Shown in pieces: positions 1-15,488 of a stretch of 64,000 nucleotides of DNA (its first letter is position 1; every line of letters begins with the position of its first letter). This stretch comes from the human T2T-CHM13v2.0 reference genome, Homo sapiens. The position numbers were made by a program, and so were the translations under genes. The stretch lies in assembly GCF_009914755.1 (NCBI RefSeq), contig NC_060936.1; one strand, 5' to 3'. The notes under the pieces were generated by a model. The model was not told the DNA's origin and searched no databases. It saw only the letters and a list, made by a program, of their open reading frames with translations.

Positions 1-210
1 ACTACTTGAAGATGGAAAGTGCAAGGAGGGTGAAGATTGAAAAACCACCCACTGGAGTTAAGTAGTTATGCTATGCTACCTAGATAGCATAGGCACTATG
101 CTCATCACCTGGCTGATGAAATAATCTGTACATCAAACCCCTGCAACATGCAACTTACCTATATAGCAAACCTGAACATGTACCTGTAAACATAAAGTAA
201 AGGTTTTTAA
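1..210 (+). mobile_element. L1 3' end (older primate L1PA/L1PB-like), truncated by window edge
   Basis: Typical L1 3' UTR terminus (ataatctgtacatcaaacccc...aacctgaacatgtacc). Confidence 0.75.
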
Positions 211-229
211 GTACAATTTTTAAAAAACA

Positions 230-1250
230 CAAAATTGAGGGAGAAATTAAGAAATTAATAAATGAGGGAGAAATAAATTTTGTTTATCCCAGATAAACAA
301 AAGCTGAGGAAATTTATGACCCTAGATCTACCCTGCAGGGAATACTAAAGGTGGCCTCACACTTTGAAATAAAAGAGCATTACACAGTTTAAAAAAAAGG
401 CTTTGTGAAGAAGTAAAGATCCACAGTAAAGGTAAATACATGAACAATTATAAAAATTTGTATTATTGTAACTTTGGTCTGCAGCTACACATTTTGTTTT
501 CTACATTATTTAAGATATTAATGCATTAAAAGTAATTATTGGTTCATATATCTGGACCCACAATGTGGAAAGATGTAATTTTGAAGCATCAATAACTGAA
601 AAATGAGGTCTAGTCTGTAAAGGAGCAGAATCTCATATGTTACTGAAGTTAAGCTGTTGTAAAATCAAATTAGAGAGTTATAACTTTAGCATGTTAAATG
701 TAATCCCCATGGTAACCAAACAGAAAATGCACATAGAATAAAAACCAAAGGAAATGAGAAAATACTTAAAACATTTAACTACAAAAAACATCAACTAAAC
801 ACAAAAAGACAGTAATGCAAAGATAACAATTAGGACTATAAAAGCTATAAGGCATGTAGAAAACAAACAGAAAACTGACAGAAGTGCCTCCATATCAGAA
901 ATTACTTTAAATGTAAGTGGATTAAACTCTCTCCAGTCAAAAGACATAGATTGAAAACTACCTCAGCATAATAAAAGCCACATATGAAAAATCCACAATG
1001 AATATTATACTCAATGTTGAAAGACTGAAAGCTTTTCTTCTAAGATCAGGAACAAGGCAAGGGTGAACAGGTTCATCACTTTTATTCAACATAGTACTGG
1101 ATACTCTATCCAGAGCAGTTAGGCAAGAAAAGGAAATAAAAGACATCTAAATTTGAAAAGAAGAGGCAAAATTATCTTTGTTCACAGATAATACGATCCT
1201 GTTTTTAGAAAACCATGAGTCCAGAAAAACTGTTAGAATTAATTAATTTA
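230..1250 (+). mobile_element. Old L1 (L1M) fragments: inter-ORF, ORF2 start and RT region
   Basis: A-rich; degenerate ORF2 RT text (gaaagcttttcttctaagatcaggaacaaggcaagg). Confidence 0.7.
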
Positions 1251-1254
1251 GCAC

Positions 1255-1470
1255 TTTTTCCTAAACAATACAGTATAATAACTATTTACATAACATTTAC
1301 ATTGTGTCAAGCATAGGTAATGTAGAGATTATTTAAACTACATAGGAGGATATGCATAGGTTATATGCAAATACTATGCTATTTTATATCAGAGATTTGA
1401 ACTTCTGTGGATTTTGATATCCATAGGAGGTCCTGGAAATAATCCCACATTGATACCAAAGGATGACTTT
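1255..1470 (+). mobile_element. MER2-like (TcMar-Tigger) fragment
   Basis: ggttatatgcaaatactatg...ggaggtcctggaaataatccc...gataccaaaggatgact resembles the MER2 terminus; strand tentative. Confidence 0.65.
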
Positions 1471-3310
1471 GTAAAAATTAACTTAAAATATATCCAGTAC
1501 CTAAACATAACAGCAAAAACTGTAAAACTCTTAGAAAAAAAAACATAGGACAAAAGCTTTATGATGTTGGATTTGGCAATGATTTGTGAGACATGACACC
1601 AAAGACACAAACAACAGAAGAAAAAAGAAAGAAATTGAACTTCATGAAAATTGAAAAATGTTGTGCATCCGAAAACACTATCAACAGAGAAAAAGGCAAT
1701 ATACAAAATGGAAGAAAATATTAGCAAATCATACGTCTTATAAGGAATTAATATCCAGAATACATAGAGAATTCCTAAAACACAATAACCAATAGCCAAA
1801 CAACCTGGTTTAAGTAATAGGCTATGGACTTGAATAGACATTTCTCCAAAGAAGATATACAAATGGCTAGTAAGCACATAAAAACATGCTCAACATCACT
1901 AATCATTGAAAATGCCAATCAAAACTACAATGATATAACACTCACACTCATTAGGATGGCTACTATCAAAAACCAAACCAGACAAACAAACAAAGACACA
2001 CCAGAAAATAACAAGCGAGGGTCAGGATGTGGAAGAATTGGAACGCTTATGTACTGTTGGTAGGAACGTAAAATGGTATAGCCACTGTGGGACACAGTTT
2101 GGTGGTTCCTCAAAAACTTAAACATAGAATTACCACATAATCCTACAATTCCAGTTCTGAATATATACCAAAAAACACTGAAAGCAGGCTTCTGAAAATA
2201 TATTTGCACATCCATGTTTATAGCAGCATTGTTCTCAATAGCTTGGGGAGTAACCCAAATATCCATTGATACATAAATGGATAAGGAAACTGTAGTTTAT
2301 ACATACTGTGGAATATTGTTCAGCATTGAAAGGGAAGGAAATTCTGGCATATACTACAACATGGATGAACTTAGAGGGCATTATGCTAAGCGAAATAAGA
2401 AAAATCACAAAAAGATAAAGTATGATTCTATTTATATGAGATACTTAAAGTGTTCAAAATCATGGAGACAATGAGTAGAATAGTGGTTGCCAGGTCAGGG
2501 ATCTAGAACTAGAAATACCATTTGACCCAGCCATCCCATTATTGGGTATATACCCAAAGGACTATAAATCATGCTGCTATAAAGACACATGCACACGTAT
2601 GTTTATTGTGGCACTATTCACAATAGCAAAGACTTGGAACCAATCCAAATGTCCAACAATGATAGACTGGATTAAGAAAATGTGGCACATATACACCATG
2701 GAATACTATGCAGCCATAAAAAATGATGAGTTCATGTCCTTTGTAGGGACATGGATGAAATTGGAAATCATCATTCTCAGTAAACTATCACAAGGACAAA
2801 AAACCAAATACTGCATGTTCTCACTCATAGGTGGGAATTGAACAATGAGGACACATGGACACAGGAAGGGGAACATCACACTCTGGGGACTGTTGTGGGG
2901 TGGGGGGAGGGGGGAGGGATAGCATTAGGAAATATACCTAATGCTAAATGACGAGTTGATGGGTGCAGCACAACAGCATGGCACATGCATACATATGTAA
3001 CTAACCTGCACATTGTGCACATGTACCCTAAAACTTAAAGCATAATAATAATAAAAAATAAAAAAAAATTAAAAAAAATAAGAACAAAGAATGGTGGTTG
3101 CCAGGGACTGGTGGAATGGGTAATTGAGGAGTTATTGTTTAAAGGGTATATAGACTTTCAGTTTTGCAAGATGGAAAGAGTTCTGGAGATGGATATTAGT
3201 GGTAGTTGTAGAATGAGAATGTATTTAATACCACTGAACTGCACCTCTAAAAATGGCTAAAATAGTATGTTTTATATTATTTGTATTTCACCACAAGAAA
3301 AAAAAATTGA
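1471..3310 (+). mobile_element. Old L1 (L1MB-like) ORF2 C-terminus and 3' UTR, interrupted by a younger L1PA
   Basis: ORF 1824..2063 ([17 protein letters not shown]) is ORF2p-like; the sequence resumes after 3105. Confidence 0.8.
2495..3087 (+). mobile_element. 5'-truncated young L1PA 3' end
   Basis: ORF 2542..2841 ends ...MFSLIGGN; G-rich 3' UTR, poly(A); TSD agaat(a/g)gtggttgccagg at 2477..2494 and 3088..3105. Confidence 0.92.
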
Positions 3311-3399
3311 GAAACAGTCATTGGTAATGTATTTTAGGTTTGTAATTTCTCTATTTTGTCTGTATTATTTAAAAGATAACTATATAAAACAATAATTAT

Positions 3400-4705
<1,306 letters not shown>

Positions 4706-7346
4706 GATAGTCTAAACTGGTTATGTGGTATATGGAAACTCCATTTCTTATTTTTGCAATTTTCCTGTAAACCTAAAACTGTTAAGTAAAAGGTTATTTT
4801 TAAACAAATTCTCTAGGAGGCAGGTTTCAGGGTTTTAACCACAATTCCTTAGCAAAAAGCAGAGAAAGTAGCAATCATGGCCTAGAACTAAAAATACCGT
4901 TTCTCAATAATGGTGTAGGCTATATCACCAGACAGAGTGCATCCTCAATGCATCACAGTGGGGGGAAGTTGCCAGAAACACTAGGCTTAAGTGGAGAATG
5001 AAAATAAAGGCATTTCAGTATATTGAAAGGGGTCTCAAATAAGGTCTCATGATGAGGGTTGCCACCATTATAAACTTGTAAGCTTTGAATGAAGGCAGGA
5101 ATAGTTCAAATACGTAAGTGAATATACTACTTCTTAGAGCTATGACAGCATATGACTACCACTTAGAGATATGTGTAATATCTTAATTAAACCCTTGGTG
5201 GGAGAAACCTCCTACCAAGAAGTTAACAGTCATCAACTTTTAACTGTTATAAACTGATGGGCACCTGGTGGGGCTAAAATCAAGATTACCTGTATCTATC
5301 TGCTCTCATTCAGGTCTCCAGAGTCAATATTATAGTCTTTGACAACACTAAGTACTATGTTTTGAGAATATAATTTTAGTAAAATAACTGCTCTATAAGC
5401 TAGAGTTTGGCTTGTTTTTAAAACATATTTAAGACTTTTTTTCTTCTATTTTTACTTGAGATCCTTTCTTCGTGATCCTTCTTGTCACCAATTTTCTGTA
5501 GTAGGAAAGGGGAAAGGAGTTAGCGTTTATTGAAGACCCAGTTTGTACAAGGCATTGTGCTACTGCTTTACCCACAGCATTTGATTTCATTATCATAAAA
5601 GTCTATGAAATAAGCAATAGTATTTCTATGTTTAAAAGAAAATGAAACTCTATAAAGTTAAGAAATGTCCTTGAGCCCAGCAGTCAATCCCAGCTCTGGC
5701 TTGACTTCAAACTCCATGCCATTTCCACCACATTGCTCTGCCTTTTTAAGAGGAGAGATTCTGCCCATGGTTCTAGAAGATTCTCTTCCCAGTAAACAGA
5801 ACAAGGTGGAGAGTGAGACGGGGAGCAGGGGAAAACTTTGAGTCCTGAGGAGAAGCAACAACAACAACAAAAAAAGGCAAAAGATTTTTACCTAAGGTCT
5901 ACCTTTAGGACACTACCTAATATAATCAGATTTCTGATACAGTCAAAGTTCGTCTCCACTTAGCGTAATTATACTAAAAGAGTCACTGTCTTTTTCTTAG
6001 CCCCAACTTGTATTATCTTAATCTCTCTGTCTCATAGGGACTAGCAGGTAGTGAAATTTAAAAAGAAAAAAAGTCCAGTCATACTTTCAATAACATCCCC
6101 TACAGAATATCACAGTAAGCCCATTATTTCTTAAGAAGAAACACACATCACATTTTCATTAAGTATTTACATGAACCTTCCCTACGGATAATAATTCTTT
6201 GGAAAGTTAGAGAAACTAAGAACATATCTTTGCCACTTTACCAGTTTACTAATTCCCTTTTGAGGTGATTAAGGGAAAATTTGTAAAAGGAAAACCTTGC
6301 TCATCCATCAGAAATCAAATGGAACCCAACCTACACACATGGAGCACCAAGGTGAGACAAGGACTGCAGGGACCACTAACCTGCCTGCCGTCTACTACAA
6401 CTGAAGCTCCAGGACTGCAATCCTAGTGCCCTTTGCCTTCTTCAAGGAGATCATGCATGCTGGACCATCATCTTCTGGCACACTGAAGATAGGACCAACA
6501 CCCTGGGGAAGCCCACAGATCATAGCACAACTCATCTCCCTAGAGCAAAGTGCTGCTCACTTCAGGCCAACTCACCTCCAGCCCATAAAGGAAAAGACCA
6601 TTTATCACTCTCTGGGTAGAAGTGCTCACACCCCAAAGCTATATTTATTGCTTGGGAATGCTGCCTGCTGATATTCACCTCAGGCCTGCCCAGCTCTGAT
6701 ACATATCTACTCATACATCAGAATACACGAGTGCAGAAGGAGCTTACACCGGACAAAAATTCTGATGGATCTTTTTGGACTTTCAATTGTAAATGTCAGC
6801 AAAGACGAAATAAATTACTAGATGTGCAAGAAAAAATCGTGAATAAGAGATTAAGAGAGAAGCTCCAGGTGTGTAATTAATTTCCCCCGCTGAGCAAAAG
6901 CTAGTGCAGAAAATAGTAATAATAATAATAGCTAATATTTATGTGACACTCTTGTCTCTGTTCTGCATTTTCATGGTACTGTTCCAAATTCTTTATAAAC
7001 AACAGTTCATTTAAGCCTTGTAACAATGATTATTTTCTTGATTCCTCTGATGGGAAACTAAAGCACACACACAAAAGAAGTTGAGTAATTTTTTTCCAAG
7101 GTCCCACAGCTAGTAGGTAGCAAAGGACATGAAGTCAGGCAATCAAGCATCAGAATCCATCCTCTTAACCACTGCACTATATTCTCTTTCCATTATACGT
7201 GTGGTCTCTTGTATTCTTACTATGTAGCAGGCACCACAGTAAACATTATTTCATTTAACCTTTATAATAAATTGGTGTGTGGTAAGGATAATTATCCTCA
7301 CTTTAAATAATCTAATTCATATTATCAGTGAGAGTCTAAAAGATAC

Positions 7347-8035
7347 TGTCTTAATGTGAACTGCTATAATAAAAATACCATAGACTCGGTGGCTTAAACA
7401 ACAGAAATTTATTTCTCACAGTTCTGGAGGCTGGAAAGTCCAATCCAGCAGATTCAGTTGTTGGTGAGGGCCCCTATTCCTGGCTTCCAGACAGTTGCCT
7501 TTGCAGCTGAATCCTCACATGGCAGAGAGAGGAAGCTCTGGTGTCTCTTCCTCTCTTTTTTTTTTGAGACAGATTCTCGCTCTGTCACCCAGGCTAGAGT
7601 CCAGAGATGTAATTTCAGCTCACTGCAACCTCCGCCTCCTGGGTTCAAGTGATTCTCCTGCCTCAGCCTCCTGAGTAGCTGGGATTACAGGCGTGTGCCA
7701 CCATGCCTGGCTAATTTTTGTATTTTTTGTTTGCTCATTTAGCAGAGACAGGGTTTCACCACGTTGCTCAGGCTGGTCTCAAACTCCTGACCTTGTGATC
7801 CGCCCACCTGGCCTCCCAAAGTGCTGGGACTACAGGTGTGAGCCACCGCGCCCGGCCCTCTTCTTCTTCTTATAAGGGCATTAATCCTATCATAGTGGCT
7901 CAGCCCTTATGTCTTAATTTAAACCTAATTACCTCCCAAAGATCCTACCTCCTAATACCACCCCATTGGGAGTTAGGGCTTCAAAATATGAATTTGGGAA
8001 TGTTTGGAGAGGACATAAACATTCCATTCACAACA
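7347..8035. mobile_element. MaLR solo LTR (MLT1A/MST-like) split by an Alu
   Basis: TG...CA ends, 5-bp TSD gatac/gatat, motif aaacaacagaaatttatttctcacagttctggaggctgg. Confidence 0.8.
7556..7857 (-). mobile_element. AluS
   Basis: Reverse-complement Alu dimer with T-tract. Confidence 0.93.
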
Positions 8036-8790
8036 GATATCAGATCATTAGATAGAAGAAGTATGCTGCCTTGAAACAAGATCAATATAAAAATGAAATG
8101 CTTTAGGAAATCACTTTTTTCAGAAGAGTTGTTTTATCAGATTGCTACGTTTCTCCACAATTACAGAAATTACACACATATGCGCACACACACACACACA
8201 CAACATCAGAAAGGACACTGCCAAAAATCACATTGTTGATTTAGACATTTCAATTGTCTGTGCCACAGAGAGCTAGAACATAGATATTGTCTAGTTCAGC
8301 AACCTCCTTTTTAAAGGGGAGCAAACAAACCATGAGAGTTGAAGGGCCTACCCAAGACAGCTTCAACTACCCAAGATGCATTACCTTCAACACAGTTCTT
8401 AACCTCTTTAATCTTATTGTCTTCATCTGCAAAATCTCCAGGGATTGATATGAGGGTTAACTTCCTTTCTGCAGGGTTAACTTCGTTTCTGCATATAAAG
8501 CACTTAGGATAATGCTTGGAATATGGTAAGTGGGTAATACATGTCTCTATTACTATTATCATTATTATTATTGCTATTATCAATCTCATGATAAGTGGCA
8601 GGCACAGCTCTTCAGTGTTCTTTTTACTTTATCATCCTGAACTATTTTAGGTGCACTTTTCTCACCAATTCCAGAATAACCAATGTTTACATTGTCATGA
8701 AACATTCTTTCAAATGAGCTCCTTTACTTGATCAAATCAGTTAGGAAGCTTTCAATTGGAAAAATTATTTAAGAAAACAAACACAGTTTC

Positions 8791-9113
8791 GGCCGGGCAC
8801 AGTGGCTCATGCCTGTAATCCCAACACTTTGGGAGGCTGAGGCAGGCAGATCATGAGGTCAGGAGTTAGAGCACCTGGACAACATGGTGAAACCCTGTCT
8901 CTACTAAAATACAAAAATTAGCCCAGCTTGGTGGTGTGCGCCTGTAATCCCAGCTACTCAGGAGGCTGAGGCAGGAGAATTACTTGAGCCTGGGAAGTGG
9001 AGGTGACAGTGATTTCAGCAGTGAGCCGAAATCAGGCCATTGCCCTCCAGCCCGGGTGACAGGGTGAGACTCCATCTAAAAAAAAAAAAAAAAGAAAGAA
9101 AGAAAAAGAAAAA
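8791..9113 (+). mobile_element. AluS
   Basis: ggccgggcacagtggctc... dimer with A-rich tail. Confidence 0.93.
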
Positions 9114-9394
9114 GTGCTATCTAGTTCCATTTATTATGAGGATCAAACTAAATAGTGTATGTAAAAACATTTCATAAACTGCTATGCACCATACAGAGAA
9201 GATATTGGGATTTTTTTTTATTGGACTGAATCCACAATCGAGTAAGTACAGCTGGGAAGAAACAGACACATGTAGGAGAAAGAACACGAGAGCCTGGCCC
9301 CTTTGTGTAATAAGGGACTGTGTGTGACTGCGTCAGCATAATGCAGAAAACCTGAACCTAAAGAAGATCACACATGGGATCAGCACTCCAGAGC

Positions 9395-9560
9395 TACAGC
9401 ATTCACTATGGAGGCACCACCCATGTGTGGCTACTCAATTAAAAATGAAACAAAACTACAAATTTGATTTCTCAGGTGTACTAGGCACATCACAAGTGGT
9501 GAGGAGGCACATATGGCTAGTGGCTACTATATTGGATATAAAAAAAAATTTCATTATTGC
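9395..9560. mobile_element. MER3/MER33-like hAT-Charlie remnant
   Basis: catatggctagtggctactatattgga motif. Confidence 0.55.
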
Positions 9561-9642
9561 AGACAATTTATGGAAAGGAAAGGCTCCAGAAAAATGATGA
9601 AGAAAAGGGAAATTTGAATTTTTTTCCAAAATGCAAAAAGAC

Positions 9643-9998
9643 TGTCTGAGTTCATCCAAGCTGCTATAACAAAAATATCATCCATGGAGGGGCTACAAAC
9701 AATAGAAATTGATTTCTCACAGTTCTGGAGTTTGAGAAGTTTAAGATCAAGGCGCCTGCAGATTCAATGTCTGGTGAAGGCTCATCTCCCATATATAGCA
9801 CCTTTTCATGACATCTTGACTTGGTAGAGTGGGCATATAAGAGCCCTAGGGCTCTTTTATCAGGACACAAATCCCATACATGAGGGCTACATCATGACCT
9901 AGTCACCCACCAAAGGCCCCACCTACTAATACCATTACTTTGAGGATTCGATTTCAGCATATGAATTTTATGGGGACACAAACATTCAGATCATAGCA
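9643..9998. mobile_element. MaLR solo LTR (MLT1A-like)
   Basis: TG...CA ends with a perfect 5-bp TSD aagac; MLT1 motifs. Confidence 0.82.
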
Positions 9999-11454
9999 AA
10001 GACAAGTGAATTTAAAGAGATTATTTTATTTTGCAGTGGATCATGATTTATGGCTTTATAGTTTCTGACATTTCTCAGTTTGGCAGAATTAGCTTATATT
10101 ACTTCAGAGAACTGTTCTGTTGTTACTGCTTTTAATGAGAAAATACAACTGTCTTATTCTAACTTAATTCTCAGCACCTCTATTACTCAGTCGTCATTGC
10201 TCATCTAGAACAAACCTTTCCCGACAGTTAAGAAAAGGGAAAGGTTTTTAATTGTTTACTTTTACTCATTATGTTATGTGCTCATTTAATGTGTGATCTC
10301 TGATTATGTAAGTTTCAAGATAGAATCTGGAATTAAAGTCAAATGACTTGAAAAAAAACTGGTATAAATCTAGGTTAAAACAACTATATAAAAATAAATT
10401 TGTGTTGTTTAATATACTCAACATTCCATATGCTGGAGGCTGATTTCTACTCCCACTACTCATCACATTTGAATGAATATGAGAAAATCAGAACATGTAG
10501 TTTCATTATTTGACCTTTTCTTTACTGACACTGAGTTTCTTATTGACCAGAACCCAGAAGGGTAGCAAGTCACATTAAGGAACATGACCATCCCAAGGTG
10601 ACCTCACTGGGAGGAAAATTGAGGAATAGATGCCTTGAACTCTTCCCTCCCTTCAACCTCCTGGTAGGCTGCTCCCCATGGCCTAACCTAACAGGAGCAA
10701 GAGGGCACAGAAATGCTTCGATGTAGTCCATTCAGGGCTACTACCTAGGCAGAGGGCAAGGTGAGCAGGATGGAGGGTAGGTCTGCTGAAGGAGCTAAGA
10801 GAAAATGTCTGGCTCAGGTGAGGACAACCAAGAACAGCTTTCAGGAAGAAGTGAGATGTGAAGGCTAAATTGTGCACAGATTGGTACATGACACAAAAGA
10901 TGGCATACATTAAAATACAGAAGTGTTTGCCAAAGTGGTACATAGAAGAGAATTAAAAAGCAGACTAATTTAGCTGAAGCAGAAAAGTTCTAAAAATTAG
11001 TTCCAAAAGGTATGAAGAAGACAGGCTTAAGGAACAGGGGAATTTATTCATGTTTTTAATGGTTAAATTGATTCACATACTGCCCCTCATAAAGGGTACA
11101 GGAAAAGATCCTTTTAAAAACAAAATTTTAAAAAACTGTTCTTCAGCTATCCCCACTGTAATCCCTACAACATAATTTCAAATTTCACATTTGAAATAGT
11201 ATATAAGTTATTGAAATGAAAATGTGATATATATGTCCCCACTGAGAAAATACTAGAATAGAAAAATTTGTTGTTATATGAAAATATCATAAACAGAGCC
11301 ATTTCACCAAGATATACTTTTTACATCCATTATGGAATTCTAAAACTATTAGGGTTTGATGGCAAGGAAAAAGCCAAAAATGAACAAACGAACAAGGCTA
11401 GAGAAGCCTTGGATATCTGCAATCCTTTATCTCCCCACAAAGAAAAGACCTATT

Positions 11455-11982
11455 CTACTAGTTATCTATTGTTATGTAACAAATTACTCCAAAACTTTGC
11501 AGCTTAAAAGAATACGCATTAATTATCTCATAGTTTCTGTATGTCAGAAATCCAGGCACAGCTACTGGGCCCTCTGATTCACTGTCTCTCACAAGGCTAC
11601 AAAGGGTCTGCAGTCTCATCTGACTTCTCATCAGGGGAAGGATCCACTGCCACCCTCTTTCAGTAGCTGTTGGAAGCATTCAGCTCCTCACAAACTGTTG
11701 GACTCAGGGCCTCAGTTGCTCACTGGCTGTTCCACAGAAGCTGCCCTGAGCTCTTTGCCACATGGACCTCTTTCACATGGCAGCTTGCTTCATCATAGTG
11801 TGCAAGCCAAGAAAACAATTGTCTACTAGCAAGATGGAAGTCACAATCAGAAGTGACATCACCTTCATGTTGCTGTATTCTATTGGATAAAAGCAGATTG
11901 TTTAAAGGCAGTGGATTACACAAAGCTGTGAGTATCAGGAAGTGAAGATCACTGGTAGATATCTTACAGTCTGTCTACCACA
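11455..11982. mobile_element. MaLR LTR (MLT1F/G-like)
   Basis: tagttatctattgttatgtaacaaattactccaaaactt...gtctaccaca. Confidence 0.7.
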
Positions 11983-12898
11983 ACTGTGAAGAATAAAATC
12001 AAAAGACAAAGAATATTAGAGGGAAAAGCATATAGAAACACATGTATTCAAATACTTTTGGAACTACATTTTAAATGCTTTTCCATTCATTGCACCTTTT
12101 AAATATAAGCCACATATATTAAATTCAAACAATAGCTTAATATAATAATGACATTTAGAGAAGCTAAAGGATTTCTCTCATTTCCTGAATTTACTCTCTA
12201 AAGTAACACCTTCACACTATCCTCTGGTAACTATCTAAAATTTTGTATGTTTGTTTTACATGTCTGCAATAGAATGTGAGATTTATGACAGTGGGAAGCG
12301 TGTTGGTTTTGTTTACCACTTTATCTTCAGCTACTATGCCTGGCACGTGATATTTTCTCACTCTATGAATTTTTTGGACAAATAAATTGAGCAAATACAT
12401 GAATGTCCTCCTAAACTCAGAATTTTAATTCTCTCCAATCAACATTTAATCTAACATTTTCAGTCTGCCAACCATTATTCTTGAGAGAGTAAACCTACAT
12501 TTTCTTGCTGTCATGCATTATAGTAGATGAAACATGGTCACAAATTTTTTGCAACTACTCCCATGAAGAGGCAAAGCATAATGTTCCACTGCTTGAAGCT
12601 AGGCTGGTCTTTTGTTTGCTCTAACTAACACGATAGAGTGAAAGTGATGTTGTATGACTTCTGTAATGAGTTGAAAGTGGTATGGTATGACTTCCATGCT
12701 CAGGCCTCAACACAGATTGCACCCTCTGCTCTTGTCCGCTTAGAACACTTCCACCAGCCTGTGAAGAACCCTGGGATGAAAGGTAACCTGGGGAGAGAGA
12801 GAAGACTAGCTGACTCAGCTATGTTAGCATTCAACTGAGGCTCCAGTCACGTGAGTGAAGCCATCTTGGAATATCTAGCCCCAGCCAACTCTCTAGAT

Positions 12899-13074
12899 CA
12901 GCACTTCCAAAGACGGCAATAGTCTGTAACTACCTTATTCAATATGGTAGCTACTAGCCACTGACAGCTATTGAGCACTGGAAATGTGATTAATAATGTG
13001 GCTAGAGAACAAAATTTTAAATTGTATTTGATTTTAATTTATTTAAATATAAGTAGTCAAATTGGACAGAGCTG
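12899..13074. mobile_element. MER3/MER33-like hAT element inserted in an old MLT1 LTR (about 12520..13230)
   Basis: CAG...CTG termini with an 8-bp TSD (c/g)tctagat, the Charlie-type target. Confidence 0.7.
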
Positions 13075-13274
13075 GTCTAGATGGCTACAGTCACATGAGT
13101 AAACTCTCCTCCTCCCTCTCCCACCTGGTAAAACCAGCAAATCAGCTTAGTCCAGCCAAATTGTAGTCTCATAAACAAATCGATGGCTGTTTCAAGCCAC
13201 TCTGTTTTGGGGAAAGTTTTATAACCATTATAGAAGTCTAGGTACATTGAGACTATACCAACAGATCTTCACAT

Positions 13275-13912
13275 GGATGCAGATAAAAGAGAATATTGAT
13301 ACACTGCTGGTGGGAATGTAAATTAGTACAACCTCTGTGGAAAAAAGTATGGGTATTTCTCACAGAACTAAAAGCAGAACAACCATTCAACTCTGCAATT
13401 CCACCACTAGGTATCCACCCAAAGGAAAAGAAATGATTATATCAAAAACATACCTGCACCTGTATGTTTGTCACTGCACTATTCACAATAGCAAAGTCAT
13501 AGAACCAAGTAAGTGCTCATCAATGGTTGATTGGGTAAATAAAATGTGATATATATATCTATACCATGGAATACTACATAGCCAGGAAAAAGAATAAAAT
13601 TATATCTTTTGCAGCAACATGGATGGAGCTGGAGTCCATTATTTTAAGTGAAATAACTCAGAAGTATCAAATACCACATGTTCTCACTTATAAGAGGGAG
13701 CTAACAATAAGTACAAATGAACAGATAGGTAAATAATAGACACTAGGGACTCAAAAAGGGAAGGGTGGGAGGGGGGTGAGGTTTGAGATTTTACTTTTTG
13801 GGTACAATGTTAACTATTAAAATGACAAGCACATTAGAAACTCAAACATCACAATTATATAGCCAGGTAACAAGCCTGAACATATACCTTCTGAATCTAT
13901 TTAAAAAAAAAA
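13275..13912 (+). mobile_element. L1 3' end (L1MA/L1PB-like)
   Basis: acactgctggtgggaatgtaaattagtacaacc... through 3' UTR to an A-tail. Confidence 0.85.
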
Positions 13913-15297
13913 CTTTTTGAAAGAAAGGAAAAAAAATTATACCATCAACACGAGTCAATAGACCTGTGTCTTTCTCATTCTTCCTGCTTTGCATGGGTGT
14001 CCTTAGACATTGCCATCTTGGGACTGTGAGGCAAGAGACAGCTAGAAAATGGACCCAAAACTGAATACATGGAACTGAAAAAACAAGAGAAAGAAACCAG
14101 GTCCTAATCATGTTGTTTGACCTTTAGGTCAAGCCTCTTTTGAGACCAGATTTACCTGTTCTCTTTAGCAATATGAGCTAATAAATGTCTATATTTGCTT
14201 AAACCACCAAGCCAGGTTCAGTGTACTTTGTAACTGAAAGAATCTAATATAATCCATGTCCCATAGTCAGCTTTTTTGCAGATGTCCCTTTAGCAAACTG
14301 AGCATCAGTCTCAGTACATTGACCCCTTGCTTCTTCAGTGAAAATGCCTGCATTTGCCTTGCTAGTATCCCATTGAGTACTCTCAACCACCTGAGGACTC
14401 TGTTCTCTCCTGTTATCACTTACATACATGGTAGTTATGTTCATTTTATAGTTAGGTGTCTAAGAAGGGAGTGTATTTCTTACTGTCTGACTCTGTTGTA
14501 GACTACAAAGAATAATCAGTCTAGCAAGATGAAAGTAGAACAATAAGCAGGACTATAGTATAAGCATTACTATAAATGTAATGAATTATTACTAACTTGC
14601 CTGCCCACTTAACTATTCCTGTTGTCTTACCTTTCTTTCTTCAGCAAAGTCCTAAAAGGTAATAGGTGTTAGAAAAACTAGAAGGTCAGAAGGGAAAGAT
14701 TATGCTAGGAAGAGGTCTGAAATGGAAACACACATATAAGATTGATCACAGCCATGTAAAATAATAATAACAGGAAGATCTATGCATTCCTCATTTTTTA
14801 AAACTTCAGATTCCCAAAGACTGTAAAAGCAAAACTGTTTTTCTTATTTCCCAGAACATCTGGTTCAAACAACTTTGTTGCTTACTGAACAGATATTTGT
14901 CATAAATCACCATGAACAATATAAAGATGAATGAGAGTGATTCTTTCCCAAAAGGAAAATAAAAGGTACCAGGGAAGAAAGCTCTGTCTCTCCAGAAAGT
15001 TTGATGTAGAAAAGGGGAGTCTGTATCAGGGCTTTGGCTGAACACAAGATACTGTCATATTCCAACAGCAGATCCTGGTCAGGCTGCTTGCCACAATATG
15101 ATGCACAAATATGTGAGCACTTTAAATCCAGAGAGCAAAATCTAAACCAGCATATGAATTGAGGAAAGATGGCGAGCAAGACAGTTTCTAGAAAGCTAAG
15201 CCAGGCACACGACATAGGCTGAATCAGCACCGTGCAATCAAACCGGTAATGAATAGAGGCAAGGCTAGTTGTTTTCAGTCCTGACCACTGATTAGAA

Positions 15298-15488
15298 CAG
15301 TGGTTCTCAAATCTGAGCATGCATCTGAATCACATAGAGGGCTGGTTAGAAGGCAGACTGCTTGGCCAGACCTTCTGAGTTTCCAGTTCAGGAGGTCTAG
15401 GGTGAAGCCTGTGAATTTTCGTCTCTTAAAATGTCCCCTATGCTGTTTTCACTGGCTGGGGACCTAATGCAGTGCTTTAAGAGCACTG
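15298..15488. mobile_element. MER5A
   Basis: cagtggttctcaaa...gagcactg terminal inverted repeats. Confidence 0.7.
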
